A stretch of 64,000 bases of DNA from Patescibacteria group bacterium. GTDB taxonomy: Bacteria; Patescibacteriota; Patescibacteriia; JAHIZJ01. The DNA is taken from assembly GCA_028714495.1 (NCBI GenBank), contig JAQTMH010000001.1, positions 245,036 through 309,035 of the forward strand. The letters run 5' to 3'. The notes beneath the pieces were generated by a model. That model made no database searches. It had not been told where the DNA came from and saw nothing but the letters and a program-made list of their open reading frames with translations. Both the position numbers and the translations under genes were made by a program. Positions within the stretch are counted from its first letter, which is position 1, and each line of letters begins with the position of its first letter. Positions 1 through 9,238 of this stretch are shown here, one piece after another.

Positions 1-38
1 AACGCCTCATCTAAATAGCTCCTAGCTATTGGGGCGTT

Positions 39-764
39 TTATTGGCTCAGAAGTCTATCAATAATTTGCCGAAATGTGTCTTCCGGAATCACGCCGGGGA
101 TGACGTAGCCGTTGATAACAAAGGTGGGCGTCCCAGTTACGCCAATGGCTAAACCAGCCTCGACGTCTTCTTCAATGTCAGCGGCGTATTTGTCCGATTC
201 AAGGCATTTTTTGAATCGGTCCGTGTCCAGTCCGGACTGCAGGGCGTAGTATTCCAAATCAACCGCTGCTAGTTTAGCTTGATTTTGGAACAGCCGGTCG
301 TGAAATTCCCAAAATTTGTCCTGCTCATTGGCGCAAGCCGCCGCTTCAGCCGCCCTCTCGGCGTCAGGATGAATATCCGTACCTGGATAATCCCGATAGA
401 CAAAATAAATCCGGTCGCCATATTCACTCATCATTTTCCTCACTGTGGGAAAGGCTTCGCCGGAGAACGGGCATTGAAAATCAACAAACTCGACAATCTC
501 CACTTTTGCTTTGGTCGAACCAAAACCCGGATCATCGGCCGTTAGCAGTTTGTTCATATCAACAATCGTGACCTGTTCAGTCGTATCCTGGGCGCGCTGG
601 CCGAGAACGCTTAGGGCATACCAGGAAACACTGACGATAAATAAAACAATTAAAACGCCAAAAATTATCAGGGAGATGCCCCACCAGGTGCGCCACCAAC
701 GGCGTTGAGGTAAGGGTTGAGGCGCCGGTATTTTTGTCTTATTTGTAATTGGCAAGTTAGCCAT
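39..764 (-). CDS. DsbA/thioredoxin-fold membrane-anchored oxidoreductase (CxxS active site)
   Basis: N-terminal TM helix; EFVDFQCPFS motif and GVTGTPTFVING cis-Pro motif; start taken at ATG 764. Confidence 0.85.
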   Translation of the reverse strand: MANLPITNKTKIPAPQPLPQRRWWRTWWGISLIIFGVLIVLFIVSVSWYALSVLGQRAQDTTEQVTIVDMNKLLTADDPGFGSTKAKVEIVEFVDFQCPFSGEAFPTVRKMMSEYGDRIYFVYRDYPGTDIHPDAERAAEAAACANEQDKFWEFHDRLFQNQAKLAAVDLEYYALQSGLDTDRFKKCLESDKYAADIEEDVEAGLAIGVTGTPTFVINGYVIPGVIPEDTFRQIIDRLLSQ

Positions 765-811
765 ATCTTTATCATAACCCGAATTCAAAAATAGTAAAAG
801 TTTTCCGAACC

Positions 812-845
812 AAAAAACCGTCTCTCTTAAACTCGAGACGGTTTT
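812..845 (-). terminator. Intrinsic terminator closing the leftward array
   Basis: AAAACCGTCTC...GAGACGGTTTT hairpin, followed by a T-run on the minus strand. Confidence 0.7.
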
Positions 846-856
846 CAAATATCCCC

Positions 857-976
857 TCTCTGGGCCGGCAAAGGCACACGGGGTTATACCAACTGCGGGA
901 CCCGAAACGCCTGAGGAGAGAGCAACAAGCGCTCAAATCGCTGCAATCGGATCCGTAGACACTTTGCCGGCTTAGA
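857..976. ncRNA. Candidate structured non-coding module
   Basis: 16-bp closing stem CTCTGGGCCGGCAAAG/CTTTGCCGGCTTAGAG; no convincing ORF. Confidence 0.4.
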
Positions 977-1115
977 GAAAGGACCTTTTCTGAATCAACC
1001 AGTATAATACTAATAAATTCGGAAAAGGTCCCCTGTACCGGAAGCGCAAAGCGCGACTGGTACAGGGGGTTATGGCTTCTCCTCAAAAGCCATCAGACTT
1101 GACGAACCAGCCTCA

Positions 1116-1745
1116 TCAGCACGCGACCCAGGCAACACCTGAATCGCCTTGTTCACGTTTCGTTCTGACCAGAAAGTTCTTGATCGCTTGGGCCTGCTTC
1201 AGCGAAGCTTGGTTAACGGCTACCACCTTCAGGCAATAGCCAAACGACTCGTGGGGTATAATCTGGCTGGTTACTTCGATGTACCAGCCACAGCCCCAGA
1301 TGCGGAAATTCCGCGGATCAGCCAGCGACAGCCTAATGCTGACACAGCTATCACTCAAACTCACGGTTTCGGACGCATCAGCCGTCAGCTCATCCAATGT
1401 CTGAAACGCAACCTGATCAGCTAGAGGATCTTTCGTCGGTACACGGCCCTGGGTCAGAAACTCAGCGGTGGCCTGAAGCGAGTAGCGCTCTCCAAAGAGC
1501 ATCGTTACATCGCCGCCACGTGTGGGCGCGATGTAGGCCCGCCTGCTGTAGCTGGTCGCCGGCAAACCAAGTTGTCTCGCCTGCACATCAAAGAGCTGGT
1601 TTAGCAACTCGGTCGCCTCGCTGGTGTCCATTTCGGTCTGATACACGACCTGGATCTGGGTCGTCTCTGGCTCGCCAGAGCAACCGAAGATCAGCGAAAA
1701 GGCTAGAGCCAACACGACGCCGCCAAACAACCTCATTATCTTCAT
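1116..1745 (-). CDS. Hypothetical lipoprotein
   Basis: GGAGG RBS; hydrophobic signal ending LIFG-C (lipobox-like). Confidence 0.65.
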   Translation of the reverse strand: MKIMRLFGGVVLALAFSLIFGCSGEPETTQIQVVYQTEMDTSEATELLNQLFDVQARQLGLPATSYSRRAYIAPTRGGDVTMLFGERYSLQATAEFLTQGRVPTKDPLADQVAFQTLDELTADASETVSLSDSCVSIRLSLADPRNFRIWGCGWYIEVTSQIIPHESFGYCLKVVAVNQASLKQAQAIKNFLVRTKREQGDSGVAWVAC

Positions 1746-1919
1746 CCAGAACCTCCTTGTCCACTGAGAAACGTTCCCGAGCTCTCCACATCTTGGAAAG
1801 CCCTAACCTTCATATTCAAAATCGGGTTATGAATGAGCTTTTTTCCCTTCTGAATCTACGAAGCTTTTCTTCCTAGACTCGGAAAGGTGAAGGTGTTTTA
1901 GCTAAAGCTAGGTACACCC

Positions 1920-2951
1920 TCAAGACCTGTTCAATGGAAAGTCAAGAGCTGAGAAGACCTCTCGCCACCGGGCAAGAAACGCCTCCCATTTGTCCAACGG
2001 CACCTGGACCCTTGTTCTCAACCGACCGCTCACACCATCCGGAAGATGGACGCGGAGATCAATCTTGCCCCACCAGTCCCTCGGCAATTCGACATAGACT
2101 TGCTCGCCCATGTGACCGATGCCAATGACGCAGAGCAAGACGTTTCCGTGACGGCGCAGAACCTCATATCTCCAGGTGGGGAGAGAAACCTTGATGCCCG
2201 AATGGGCGGCCGGCCGAAGGTCAGAGAGCACCACCCGACCTGGCAGTTCTATGGCTTCATCAGCCAGCTGATAAGCCGCCAGTTTGGCCACGTAACATGC
2301 GGCTGAGACCTCGTATTTCAACTGATGGATCGTATCGCTGGCCTGGCAACCGCTGGCTACCCAGTCAGCAATGGTCTGGTAGACCCTCTGTTTCTCCCGC
2401 AGATGTCCTTCGGGGTCCATACTGAAATACGGTATTGTGTTGAGGCTTTCAACCAGAAGTCTGCCTACCCGACTCAGCCTAGATATTCCGTTGCTGGATC
2501 TCTCGCTGATGTCGGCATCATCCTCCAGACCCAGATACCAGGCACCGCAAGCCTTGAGAAAACCCAGGAAGCCGTCGTTGTCGGCGTGAAAAAGCACCAC
2601 GCTGACACCAGACTTCCTCCATTCATCACGGGTAATCAGATGGGCACACGAAGGCGCCGCGATTCGGTCAACCAGGCGGATTGCTTCGCCGAATCTCTGA
2701 CGCAATCCTTCGGCATTCTCCTTTTCAACTTGAACCTGGTTCAAATGATGGTCAGCGAAACACGCTAGCCGATGACCAGCCGCGATCAGTTGATCAATCA
2801 ACGCGCACATTTCAGTTGACGGTGCCAAGTCAATGCAGGCGAACCGGCTGCTGGGAGGCAGAGAGGCGACTAACTCTAGGCGATCCTTTTCCGTGATATA
2901 CGGCTGGATCGCGATGCCACGCACGCCGTTCAAATTCACCACCAGAACCAT
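1920..2951 (-). CDS. DHH-phosphoesterase-like protein
   Basis: CIDL, FADHH, APSCA and HADNDG motifs; GGAGGG RBS. Confidence 0.55.
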   Translation of the reverse strand: MVLVVNLNGVRGIAIQPYITEKDRLELVASLPPSSRFACIDLAPSTEMCALIDQLIAAGHRLACFADHHLNQVQVEKENAEGLRQRFGEAIRLVDRIAAPSCAHLITRDEWRKSGVSVVLFHADNDGFLGFLKACGAWYLGLEDDADISERSSNGISRLSRVGRLLVESLNTIPYFSMDPEGHLREKQRVYQTIADWVASGCQASDTIHQLKYEVSAACYVAKLAAYQLADEAIELPGRVVLSDLRPAAHSGIKVSLPTWRYEVLRRHGNVLLCVIGIGHMGEQVYVELPRDWWGKIDLRVHLPDGVSGRLRTRVQVPLDKWEAFLARWREVFSALDFPLNRS

Positions 2952-3108
2952 GCGATCCCTCCGTTTCTTCGGCTGATGCCTCTATGGTTTTTGACAATGA
3001 GCTATCTTCTTCTGAACCCGCGAATCGTTATGATTCCCAGATTCAGGGAAAGGGGCGAACACCAGACGATATTCGCCCAATGAACAGACCTTCGTATGGC
3101 CAGTGTTG

Positions 3109-3528
3109 CTAGTAGTTCGACAGCGTCAAGACGACGCCGTCACCAGCCGGGCCTGATGTGGCCGTCTCGCCATACGCCTCAATCGTGTAGACGCCGGCTA
3201 CAAGCTGGTAGCCGATGTTGCCCTGGCTGTAGCCGAGCGGCCCAATCGTCATCGGCGCCTTGGTGAATGGGTTGTTCGGCAACACACCGCCGGTCCATTG
3301 CGACACGTCATTGAGCTGTTCCAATGTCGGATAGACGTCATCGTTCCGGACCGCAAAGTCCTCGACCACGAGCTGCGTCGAGTGGCAGTTCGCCTTGACA
3401 CTGCCTTCCTTGGCGCGGTTCACCATCGCGATGTAGTCCGGGATGGCGATCGCCGCCAGAATCCCGATGATGAGGACCACAATCATCAGCCCGATCAGAC
3501 TGAAACCATGGGAATGAGAACTCTTCAT
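3109..3528 (-). CDS. Type IV pilin-like protein
   Basis: G|FSLIGLMIVVLIIGILAAIAIP class III signal; GAGGAGG RBS before ATG 3528. Confidence 0.85.
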   Translation of the reverse strand: MKSSHSHGFSLIGLMIVVLIIGILAAIAIPDYIAMVNRAKEGSVKANCHSTQLVVEDFAVRNDDVYPTLEQLNDVSQWTGGVLPNNPFTKAPMTIGPLGYSQGNIGYQLVAGVYTIEAYGETATSGPAGDGVVLTLSNY

Positions 3529-3771
3529 GTCCAGCTCCTCCTCTTTGAAACCGACTCTTTCTTCCGCCACTCTCATCTATCAGCCAACAGCCAACTCCGC
3601 AGGCCAATGCCTGACAGATAAATCTGGCTTGTCAATCTTAACGCGTGACCCGATGTTTGATGCAAAGAGCAATTCTTCCTCTGAGCGCTCAATCGTTTAT
3701 TGCGCAATCAAGAACTCGGAGAAAGGGGGTATTGCCAGTCAAACCAGCAAAATACCCCACGACCAGGCGAA

Positions 3772-4044
3772 TCACTGCCCTTGGTTAGGCAATTGAAGGC
3801 GGGAGATCAGGTGGTTCCTGTTGATCAACCAGTAGAAGATCATGGGTATTGTCAGGCAGAGCGACACCCCCGCATAAAATAGGAATGGTGGTTTACCTGA
3901 CAGTAAGTATGACAGCATGCCGAGTGTTGCCACAATGCCAGCGCCGACAACCTCATTCCAGATGGGCTTGGGCCAGCGCCACGACGCGTAGAGCCAGCCA
4001 GCCACCGGAGCTGCCAGCAACGCAATGAGATGGTACAGAGTCAT
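3772..4044 (-). CDS. Small membrane protein (about 3 TM)
   Basis: AGGAGG RBS; three hydrophobic segments. Confidence 0.6.
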   Translation of the reverse strand: MTLYHLIALLAAPVAGWLYASWRWPKPIWNEVVGAGIVATLGMLSYLLSGKPPFLFYAGVSLCLTIPMIFYWLINRNHLISRLQLPNQGQ

Positions 4045-4266
4045 AGACACCTCCTGGATCGAGCCTGTTGCGAAAAGAAACTGTCAAAAGAGCTATCCTT
4101 CTCTGAAGTTATTATGGTACCTCTCCATAAAGTCGAGGAATAATAAATTCAGAGAAAGAGGGCAGAACCAGTTAAGCTTGCGCTTTTCCAGTTCTGCCCA
4201 AGGGGCAGTACCGGAACCCTAGAACCATTACGGTTCAGGGGACTGGTACTGCCCTGTGTTGTGAAG

Positions 4267-4836
4267 CTAGGACTCGGCGATGAAGTGGGCGTGGCTGCAG
4301 CGCTGGCATTGGGCCTTGGCGAGTGCCGCGTCTACTGCCGGACGATACCGAATGAGCGACTCGGGGAAAGCCTCGAGTGAGCCCTGGTAGAGCGTCTTGG
4401 CCACGATTCTGGCCAGGCGCTCCGCCTCGTCCTTCACCACCTCGCGCGACTGCACCCGAACCCGCGACCCCGTAGAACTGAGCCTGAGCTCGATCACGAC
4501 GATTCCGCCGGGCACCGAGAAGAGCGCGTGCGGATCATCCTGCTCCCGGCCCACGAAGAATGGCCGAAGCGCCTTGCCGGAGAAACCGCAGATGATCGTA
4601 GCCTGGCCGATCTCGCCGAGACCGCCGCCCTCCTCCGCAATCTGGATGAGCGGCGGCTGTCCGTTGACGCAGGACGGCATCTGGAAGACGCCATCCTGCC
4701 CCTCGACCTGCGGCAGGTCCACGACGACACCGGTGCGAGTCTCGTGAACCTCCACATCCTCCGCCCCCTGGTCCCAGAGCTGCGCGAGAATGGCTTCCCG
4801 ATTGCCCTGGGCGAGTTTCACGATGAGCTTCATCAT
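4267..4836 (-). CDS. Hypothetical protein
   Basis: Long ORF with AAAGGGG RBS; C-terminal CQRCSHAH may bind metal. Confidence 0.6.
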   Translation of the reverse strand: MMKLIVKLAQGNREAILAQLWDQGAEDVEVHETRTGVVVDLPQVEGQDGVFQMPSCVNGQPPLIQIAEEGGGLGEIGQATIICGFSGKALRPFFVGREQDDPHALFSVPGGIVVIELRLSSTGSRVRVQSREVVKDEAERLARIVAKTLYQGSLEAFPESLIRYRPAVDAALAKAQCQRCSHAHFIAES

Positions 4837-4999
4837 GGCGATACCCCTTTCTGCTCGAACACCTAAACCCTTGGCAACAATTCCTTGTTGCCAGTTCACA
4901 CCTGTCTGGGGCTGCTAGCTTCACTAATTGTAAAGAACCAACCCCCACACCAAATTCTTCAGAATAATTATTGAAAAATTTGGTGTGGGGGAACAAACT

Positions 5000-5028
5000 A
5001 TTCTACCTCAACTCTCGAAAAAAATCAA
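5000..5028 (-). promoter_or_regulatory. Sigma70-type promoter internal to the array
   Basis: TTGATT-17bp-TAGAAT on the minus strand, followed by a hairpin (4942-4991) and boxA-like GTTCTTTACA. Confidence 0.55.
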
Positions 5029-5109
5029 GGGCTGGAGTAGAACGGGGAAGAAGTGATTGGCTGCTTCCCCGTCAATGTGTCTCACTGTACGAGTAGGTCA
5101 TTTCACCTC

Positions 5110-5319
5110 CTAGGCCACCAGCAACAAAGGGTCGCCGGAAAAGGCCTGGTTGATGAGTGCGCGGATAGCGTGCTCATGGTGAATTCGACAAACATCCAGG
5201 TGAAGTATTTCTGCCACCTGGGGCACAAGATTCTCGATCGGGTATCCCCGATACCAGACCCACCCGTCAAGGTAGGCCTTGAGGACCGTTGCCGCTTCAA
5301 GCTGCGACCTGATGCGCAT
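5110..5319 (-). CDS. Small hypothetical protein (69 aa)
   Basis: GAAGGGGGG RBS before ATG 5319; occupies a cassette slot. Confidence 0.5.
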   Translation of the reverse strand: MRIRSQLEAATVLKAYLDGWVWYRGYPIENLVPQVAEILHLDVCRIHHEHAIRALINQAFSGDPLLLVA

Positions 5320-5427
5320 ATCAAGCCCCCCTTCTGTGGAAGAGCCTTCCTCTGAACCTTGGACCATGATTGGTTCAAAGCTCGGAAGAAGTGGGGGCTC
5401 ACACACAGTGTAAGCCCCCTCAAAAGA

Positions 5428-5913
5428 TCACTGTCGGTACCAGAGCTTGACAGTCAACCCTGGACAGATCATGTTCAGCTTCCGCACAGAGTCCCGGAAG
5501 TTCATGGCCGCCTCCCTTGACGGCCGCGGCTTGAAGCCAATGACCGCGTAGACTTCCTGATCAGTCATCTTTGGACCGGCTATCTTGTTGATATCCGAGC
5601 CCCAGGCGTCGTGAACCCAGACTACCAGACCCATGAACTTGATCTGGAAGGTAGGGTCAACCTCGAGCTTCTTCATGTCCACGCTCGGGTCAGTGCCGAG
5701 CCGAACAATGTGTACGACTTCAAAGAAGTAATCGTACAGCTCATACTTGCATCCTTCGAAGACAAAGGACGCACAAGCCTGTGTCCAGTCATCGACTGGC
5801 ACATTGATGCTGTCCAGCTGTGACGCTGTCAGCTCGATAGTGACGGTTTCCGCTCCTGCGTACGCCTGGCAAAATGCCAAGGTCGCGACCACCAAGATCA
5901 CCAAACTCTTCAT
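5428..5913 (-). CDS. Secreted hypothetical protein
   Basis: Sec signal peptide MKSLVILVVATLAFCQAYA; GGAGG RBS. Confidence 0.7.
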   Translation of the reverse strand: MKSLVILVVATLAFCQAYAGAETVTIELTASQLDSINVPVDDWTQACASFVFEGCKYELYDYFFEVVHIVRLGTDPSVDMKKLEVDPTFQIKFMGLVVWVHDAWGSDINKIAGPKMTDQEVYAVIGFKPRPSREAAMNFRDSVRKLNMICPGLTVKLWYRQ

Positions 5914-5968
5914 TTTAGCCTTCCTCCGTTTGGTACGGGCTGGTCATCGTTGGCCACCAGCAAGCCAG

Positions 5969-5980
5969 TGTCAAAGAGCA
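5969..5980 (-). promoter_or_regulatory. boxA-like antitermination motif (best copy)
   Basis: TGCTCTTTGACA versus E. coli rrn boxA TGCTCTTTAACA; variants occur in most array spacers. Confidence 0.55.
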
Positions 5981-6169
5981 TTCCTTCCTCTGAACCCTCA
6001 ATCCGCTATTCCCGATTAATATCAGGAGTCTTGGGATTAAGAGTTCGGAAGAAGTTCCCAGCACCGGAAATCCCGAAGGATAACTAGTGCTGGGAGCCCC
6101 GAACCGGAACCCTGTAACGAAGCGCTTCGCGCCTGGTTCAGGGGACTGGTTCGTGGAAGAAAGAGCAGA

Positions 6170-6556
6170 TCACAGATGATAGGCAACCGCACCCTGCTGT
6201 GGAATGGCCCACCAGCAGTCAACCTCGAATCGGTGACCATCATAGTTCCAGGCAGGCACCCAGACCTTGTATCGCGAGTAAACCTTCCCTGAATCAGTCG
6301 TCAGGTGATGGCACGCCCGGATGATGATCCCCCGGGCTTCAGCATCTCGGCTGAAGGCGCTAGGAAGGATGTAATCATTCTTGTCCTTTGGGGTCGCCGC
6401 GTCGGCATTGAACACCCAGACCGTGTCGCCGACGGCGAATTCAGTCTTGGCGAAGTTGATGTAGCCGGGCTCACTCGGTTGAGCCAGTTGAAGAACATCA
6501 GCCGCCGAGGAAGAAACCACGGCCATCGCGACCAGAAGAACCACTAGCCACTTCAT
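6170..6556 (-). CDS. Secreted hypothetical protein (paralog of 7414-7827)
   Basis: Signal peptide; EPGY...FAVGDTVWV motif; AGGAGG RBS. Confidence 0.7.
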   Translation of the reverse strand: MKWLVVLLVAMAVVSSSAADVLQLAQPSEPGYINFAKTEFAVGDTVWVFNADAATPKDKNDYILPSAFSRDAEARGIIIRACHHLTTDSGKVYSRYKVWVPAWNYDGHRFEVDCWWAIPQQGAVAYHL

Positions 6557-6838
6557 GATACCCTCCTGACGCATAGCGTCTGTCTTGAACCAGGCTGATT
6601 GGATTGACTTCAATCCATACCAACCCAGTTACTAACTTGTAAAGAGCTCCGCTTGAACCTGTCTTTAGTGGGGAACCCCGAACCAATTGCGCTAAAGCGC
6701 TTCCGGTTCAGGGCAAGCCCCGAACCGGAGTCCCGTCGAATGACAGAACGACTGGTTTGGGGTAAAGACAGGCTCGAGTGAAGCCCTGACCCCATACCGA
6801 AGCTTTAGCGCCTGGTACGGGGTCAGGGGGTGATTTCT

Positions 6839-6935
6839 TGGCAGCTACGAGAGTCGAACTCGTCATCCTTCCTTGGAAGGAGCCCGAACACCCGGACGGG
6901 CTGACCACCGGGCCACTTTACGTCGGGAAGCCGCC
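6839..6935 (-). ncRNA. tRNA-like element (acceptor stem and T-arm intact, D and anticodon arms remodelled)
   Basis: GGCGGCT/AGCTGCC-A acceptor; ACGAG-TTCGACT-CTCGT T-arm. Confidence 0.6.
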
Positions 6936-7153
6936 TGATTTATTTCGGCAAGGAGATATATCCTCTCCCGTAACCCGAAATCTTGTTTCGGGTGGTGTTA
7001 AAAGGACGTTTCTCTTCCGAACCCGCGAACCTAGATGATTTCCAGACTCGGAAAAGTGGAGGAAGGGCAGGACTTCCTCCGAAGATGTTCAAAATGTGCG
7101 TTGGAGCTCTCGCGCCTGCCTTGTTCCGAAGAACAACGCGAGAGGATGCGGGT

Positions 7154-7336
7154 TTAGAACCAGAAGGTGATGCACCACACGAAGCTGGCAAGCATAGCCA
7201 CCAATCCCGTGCTGGTCTGGAGCCTCTGATCAGGGGCTTCGTTCAAAGACCATGTCCAGAGCCGAGTCGCCAGCGCGACACCCCCGGCAGACCCGAGCGT
7301 GCAGAACCCGAGCAGAGCATTCCTGAACCACATCAT
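7154..7336 (-). CDS. Small 2-TM membrane protein
   Basis: GAGGAGG RBS; two hydrophobic helices. Confidence 0.5.
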   Translation of the reverse strand: MMWFRNALLGFCTLGSAGGVALATRLWTWSLNEAPDQRLQTSTGLVAMLASFVWCITFWF

Positions 7337-7413
7337 GATTCCCTCCTCGCAGCACATTGCTGCATCAGTTTCCATAAACCCCTTGGCGGACTCGCTATGA
7401 GCCGCCGCGACAA

Positions 7414-7827
7414 CTACCAATACAACGCAAGGAAGTAGCGAGAGTAGGCTGCCCACCTTTGAGGCAGGTTATACGCCTCATAGAGGTTGCCAAACTCTGC
7501 TTCCTCCTCGAAGTCCTCTCCCGACAGGGAGACAGCAACCCTGTAGAACCAGTAATCACCATACTGGAAGATCGCCACAACCCTTGCCAACGCGTACTCC
7601 TGCATGCAGGAATCGTCCGCGCCAGGGTACAACCCGCCGTAGGCGCATTCAGTTTCACCTACGTTCACCCACACCGAGTCACCGACCTCCAGCGGCTTCG
7701 AGTTGAAGACGCCGTAGGGGTAAAAGCCGGGCTCTACGTTCTGACCAAACGCCAACGGCGCCAGGACAGCAAAGAGTGAGGCAACGGCCAGACAGATCAG
7801 CACCCAACAGTACGTTCGATGCTGCAT
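7414..7827 (-). CDS. Secreted hypothetical protein (paralog of 6170-6556)
   Basis: Signal peptide; EPGF...LEVGDSVWV motif; AAGGAGG RBS. Confidence 0.7.
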   Translation of the reverse strand: MQHRTYCWVLICLAVASLFAVLAPLAFGQNVEPGFYPYGVFNSKPLEVGDSVWVNVGETECAYGGLYPGADDSCMQEYALARVVAIFQYGDYWFYRVAVSLSGEDFEEEAEFGNLYEAYNLPQRWAAYSRYFLALYW

Positions 7828-7979
7828 TTTGGTACCTCCTTGATGGTTCGAGACCTCTAGGAGAATGATATTATCAATGTAATGAGCCTTTCTCCTACCT
7901 GAGCGCTGCAGTACAGAAGTACTGAAACGCTCGGGTAGGACCCGATGCGCACCAGAGGTGGCACGCATCGGGATGAACG

Positions 7980-8819
7980 TTAGAATGAGTAGGAGAATGA
8001 AACTGAACACTCGGCATGCTTTTCACGCGTGTCATAGTACGCGCGAAGAAAGCACTTCGGCGCGTACTCCGCAGTTGCGCCGACAAGCCATCGCGAGCCG
8101 CGCGCATCGCCGCAGTCGTACTGGGCATAGAGACGCGCCCAAGGGCTAACCCTCACGTAGTTCTGCAGGAAGTACGGAGCGCGTCCCTCCTGCTCCGGAT
8201 CAAACCAGCTTGCGCCGATTGCCGGGTTGAAGAACCGCATGGGTTCCCAAGTCGCGATTGCCGCGTACCCGATGTTCCTCTCCCAGCATGCCTTGACGGA
8301 CGCTGGGGCTCCGGCGAGCGAATCGGTCACCGCCACGTACGCCGCCCAGTGCCGGTCGTCTTTGAAACTGACGACCGTAGTCGTGAACGAGCTAACGATG
8401 TGCGTCGCGGACACGCCGAACTGATTTGACGAGAACTTGCAGTTCGCGTCAGGGTTCCGTGTCAGACGAAGCTCCTGAGGACCAGGGAAGACGGACTGGA
8501 TTGGCAGAGCTTGCTGGCCAATGGCAACAGCAGTCCTGCCGAATTCAGTCACGAACGTCTTCATCGCATACGCCTTTGTCAGTCGCACGCTGGTGACGCC
8601 CGTGCCGTCGATTTCCGCACGGAAGAACAGGGCGTGTGCCTTGTCTTCCTGACAGAGACCCGCCCGCAGAATGCCGAGCGTGTAGGCATGATCGTTGCTC
8701 CGGTCCGGCATGGACACGGAGCCGTACACGTAGTTGCTCGCACCGGCGTTCGCAGCCAGTACCAACGCGAAGATGATCGCGAACAGCATGGCGACTTTGA
8801 ACCGACAACCGGAAATCAT
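7980..8819 (-). CDS. Secreted beta-rich protein, outer-membrane beta-barrel-like
   Basis: Signal peptide; alternating amphipathic strands; ends SVSFSYSF. Confidence 0.55.
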   Translation of the reverse strand: MISGCRFKVAMLFAIIFALVLAANAGASNYVYGSVSMPDRSNDHAYTLGILRAGLCQEDKAHALFFRAEIDGTGVTSVRLTKAYAMKTFVTEFGRTAVAIGQQALPIQSVFPGPQELRLTRNPDANCKFSSNQFGVSATHIVSSFTTTVVSFKDDRHWAAYVAVTDSLAGAPASVKACWERNIGYAAIATWEPMRFFNPAIGASWFDPEQEGRAPYFLQNYVRVSPWARLYAQYDCGDARGSRWLVGATAEYAPKCFLRAYYDTREKHAECSVSFSYSF

Positions 8820-8884
8820 TGATCCCCCCTTGTTTCTGCCGTTTTGGTAGACCGTTAGCGCACTTCAAGGAAGCCGCCTAAATC

Positions 8885-9030
8885 TCTCCACACCGAACTG
8901 GAGGTGAGTTTGTCCATCTTTGAGCCGAAGCTCGATGGACCGGCTGAACTTAGTGAAGGCGTTGAGTTGTTCACCCGACGCGATCACCTCGTCTAGCCAC
9001 TCTCTTCTCCCCTCCATGTCGGTGCGGAGA
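8885..9030 (-). ncRNA. Structured ~140-nt RNA motif, copy 1
   Basis: Terminal stem and cUUCGg hairpin; repeated at 10322 and 10637. Confidence 0.65.
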
Positions 9031-9238
9031 AACGGTAGTCGTTCCCCGACTTGATCGGGGAACCTAGAAATTCTACTTAGTGTGTGTAATAAATAACTTC
9101 TCCTCTTCTGAACCCGCGAACCGAATTGATTCCCAGGTTCGGAAGATAGGAGGAAGGGCAGGACTTCCTCCAAGAACGAATGAGCATAGTAATTCTCACA
9201 CCTGCCTGCGAGCTAAGCTCGATTTGTGAGAGGCGAGA

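Larger units (their letters stand above)
989..9143. repeat. Dispersed spacer fold-back family YYYGAR...YTCRRR (11 copies)
   Basis: Stems at 989-1023, 1849-1883, 3011-3047, 3680-3720, 4102-4153, 5351-5386, 5989-6049, 6652-6778, 7016-7052, 7898-7935 and 9107-9143, all intergenic. Confidence 0.8.

Noticed and set aside
857-976. c-di-GMP-I riboswitch (GGCAAA motif)
   Set aside because: The GGCAAA sits inside the closing stem, and the rest of the consensus is not recognisable.
6839-6935. Functional tRNA-Gly or tRNA-Sec
   Set aside because: No 7-nt anticodon loop on a 5-bp stem, no UCA anticodon or long variable arm, and an aberrant D region.
989-9143. TCTGAA...TTCGGA as an ECF or alternative sigma promoter
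   Set aside because: The distance between the half-sites varies from 35 to 127 nt, which is incompatible with fixed promoter spacing.
989-9171. CRISPR array or classical integron in the spacer repeats
   Set aside because: Repeats are degenerate, variable in length and separated by whole genes. No attC RYYYAAC/GTTRRRY boxes, cas genes or intI are visible.
8865-9173. 102-aa ORF (and 10119-10427) spanning the 140-nt repeat
   Set aside because: It runs through spacer hairpins without a good RBS. The frame is broken in copy 3 while base pairing is conserved.
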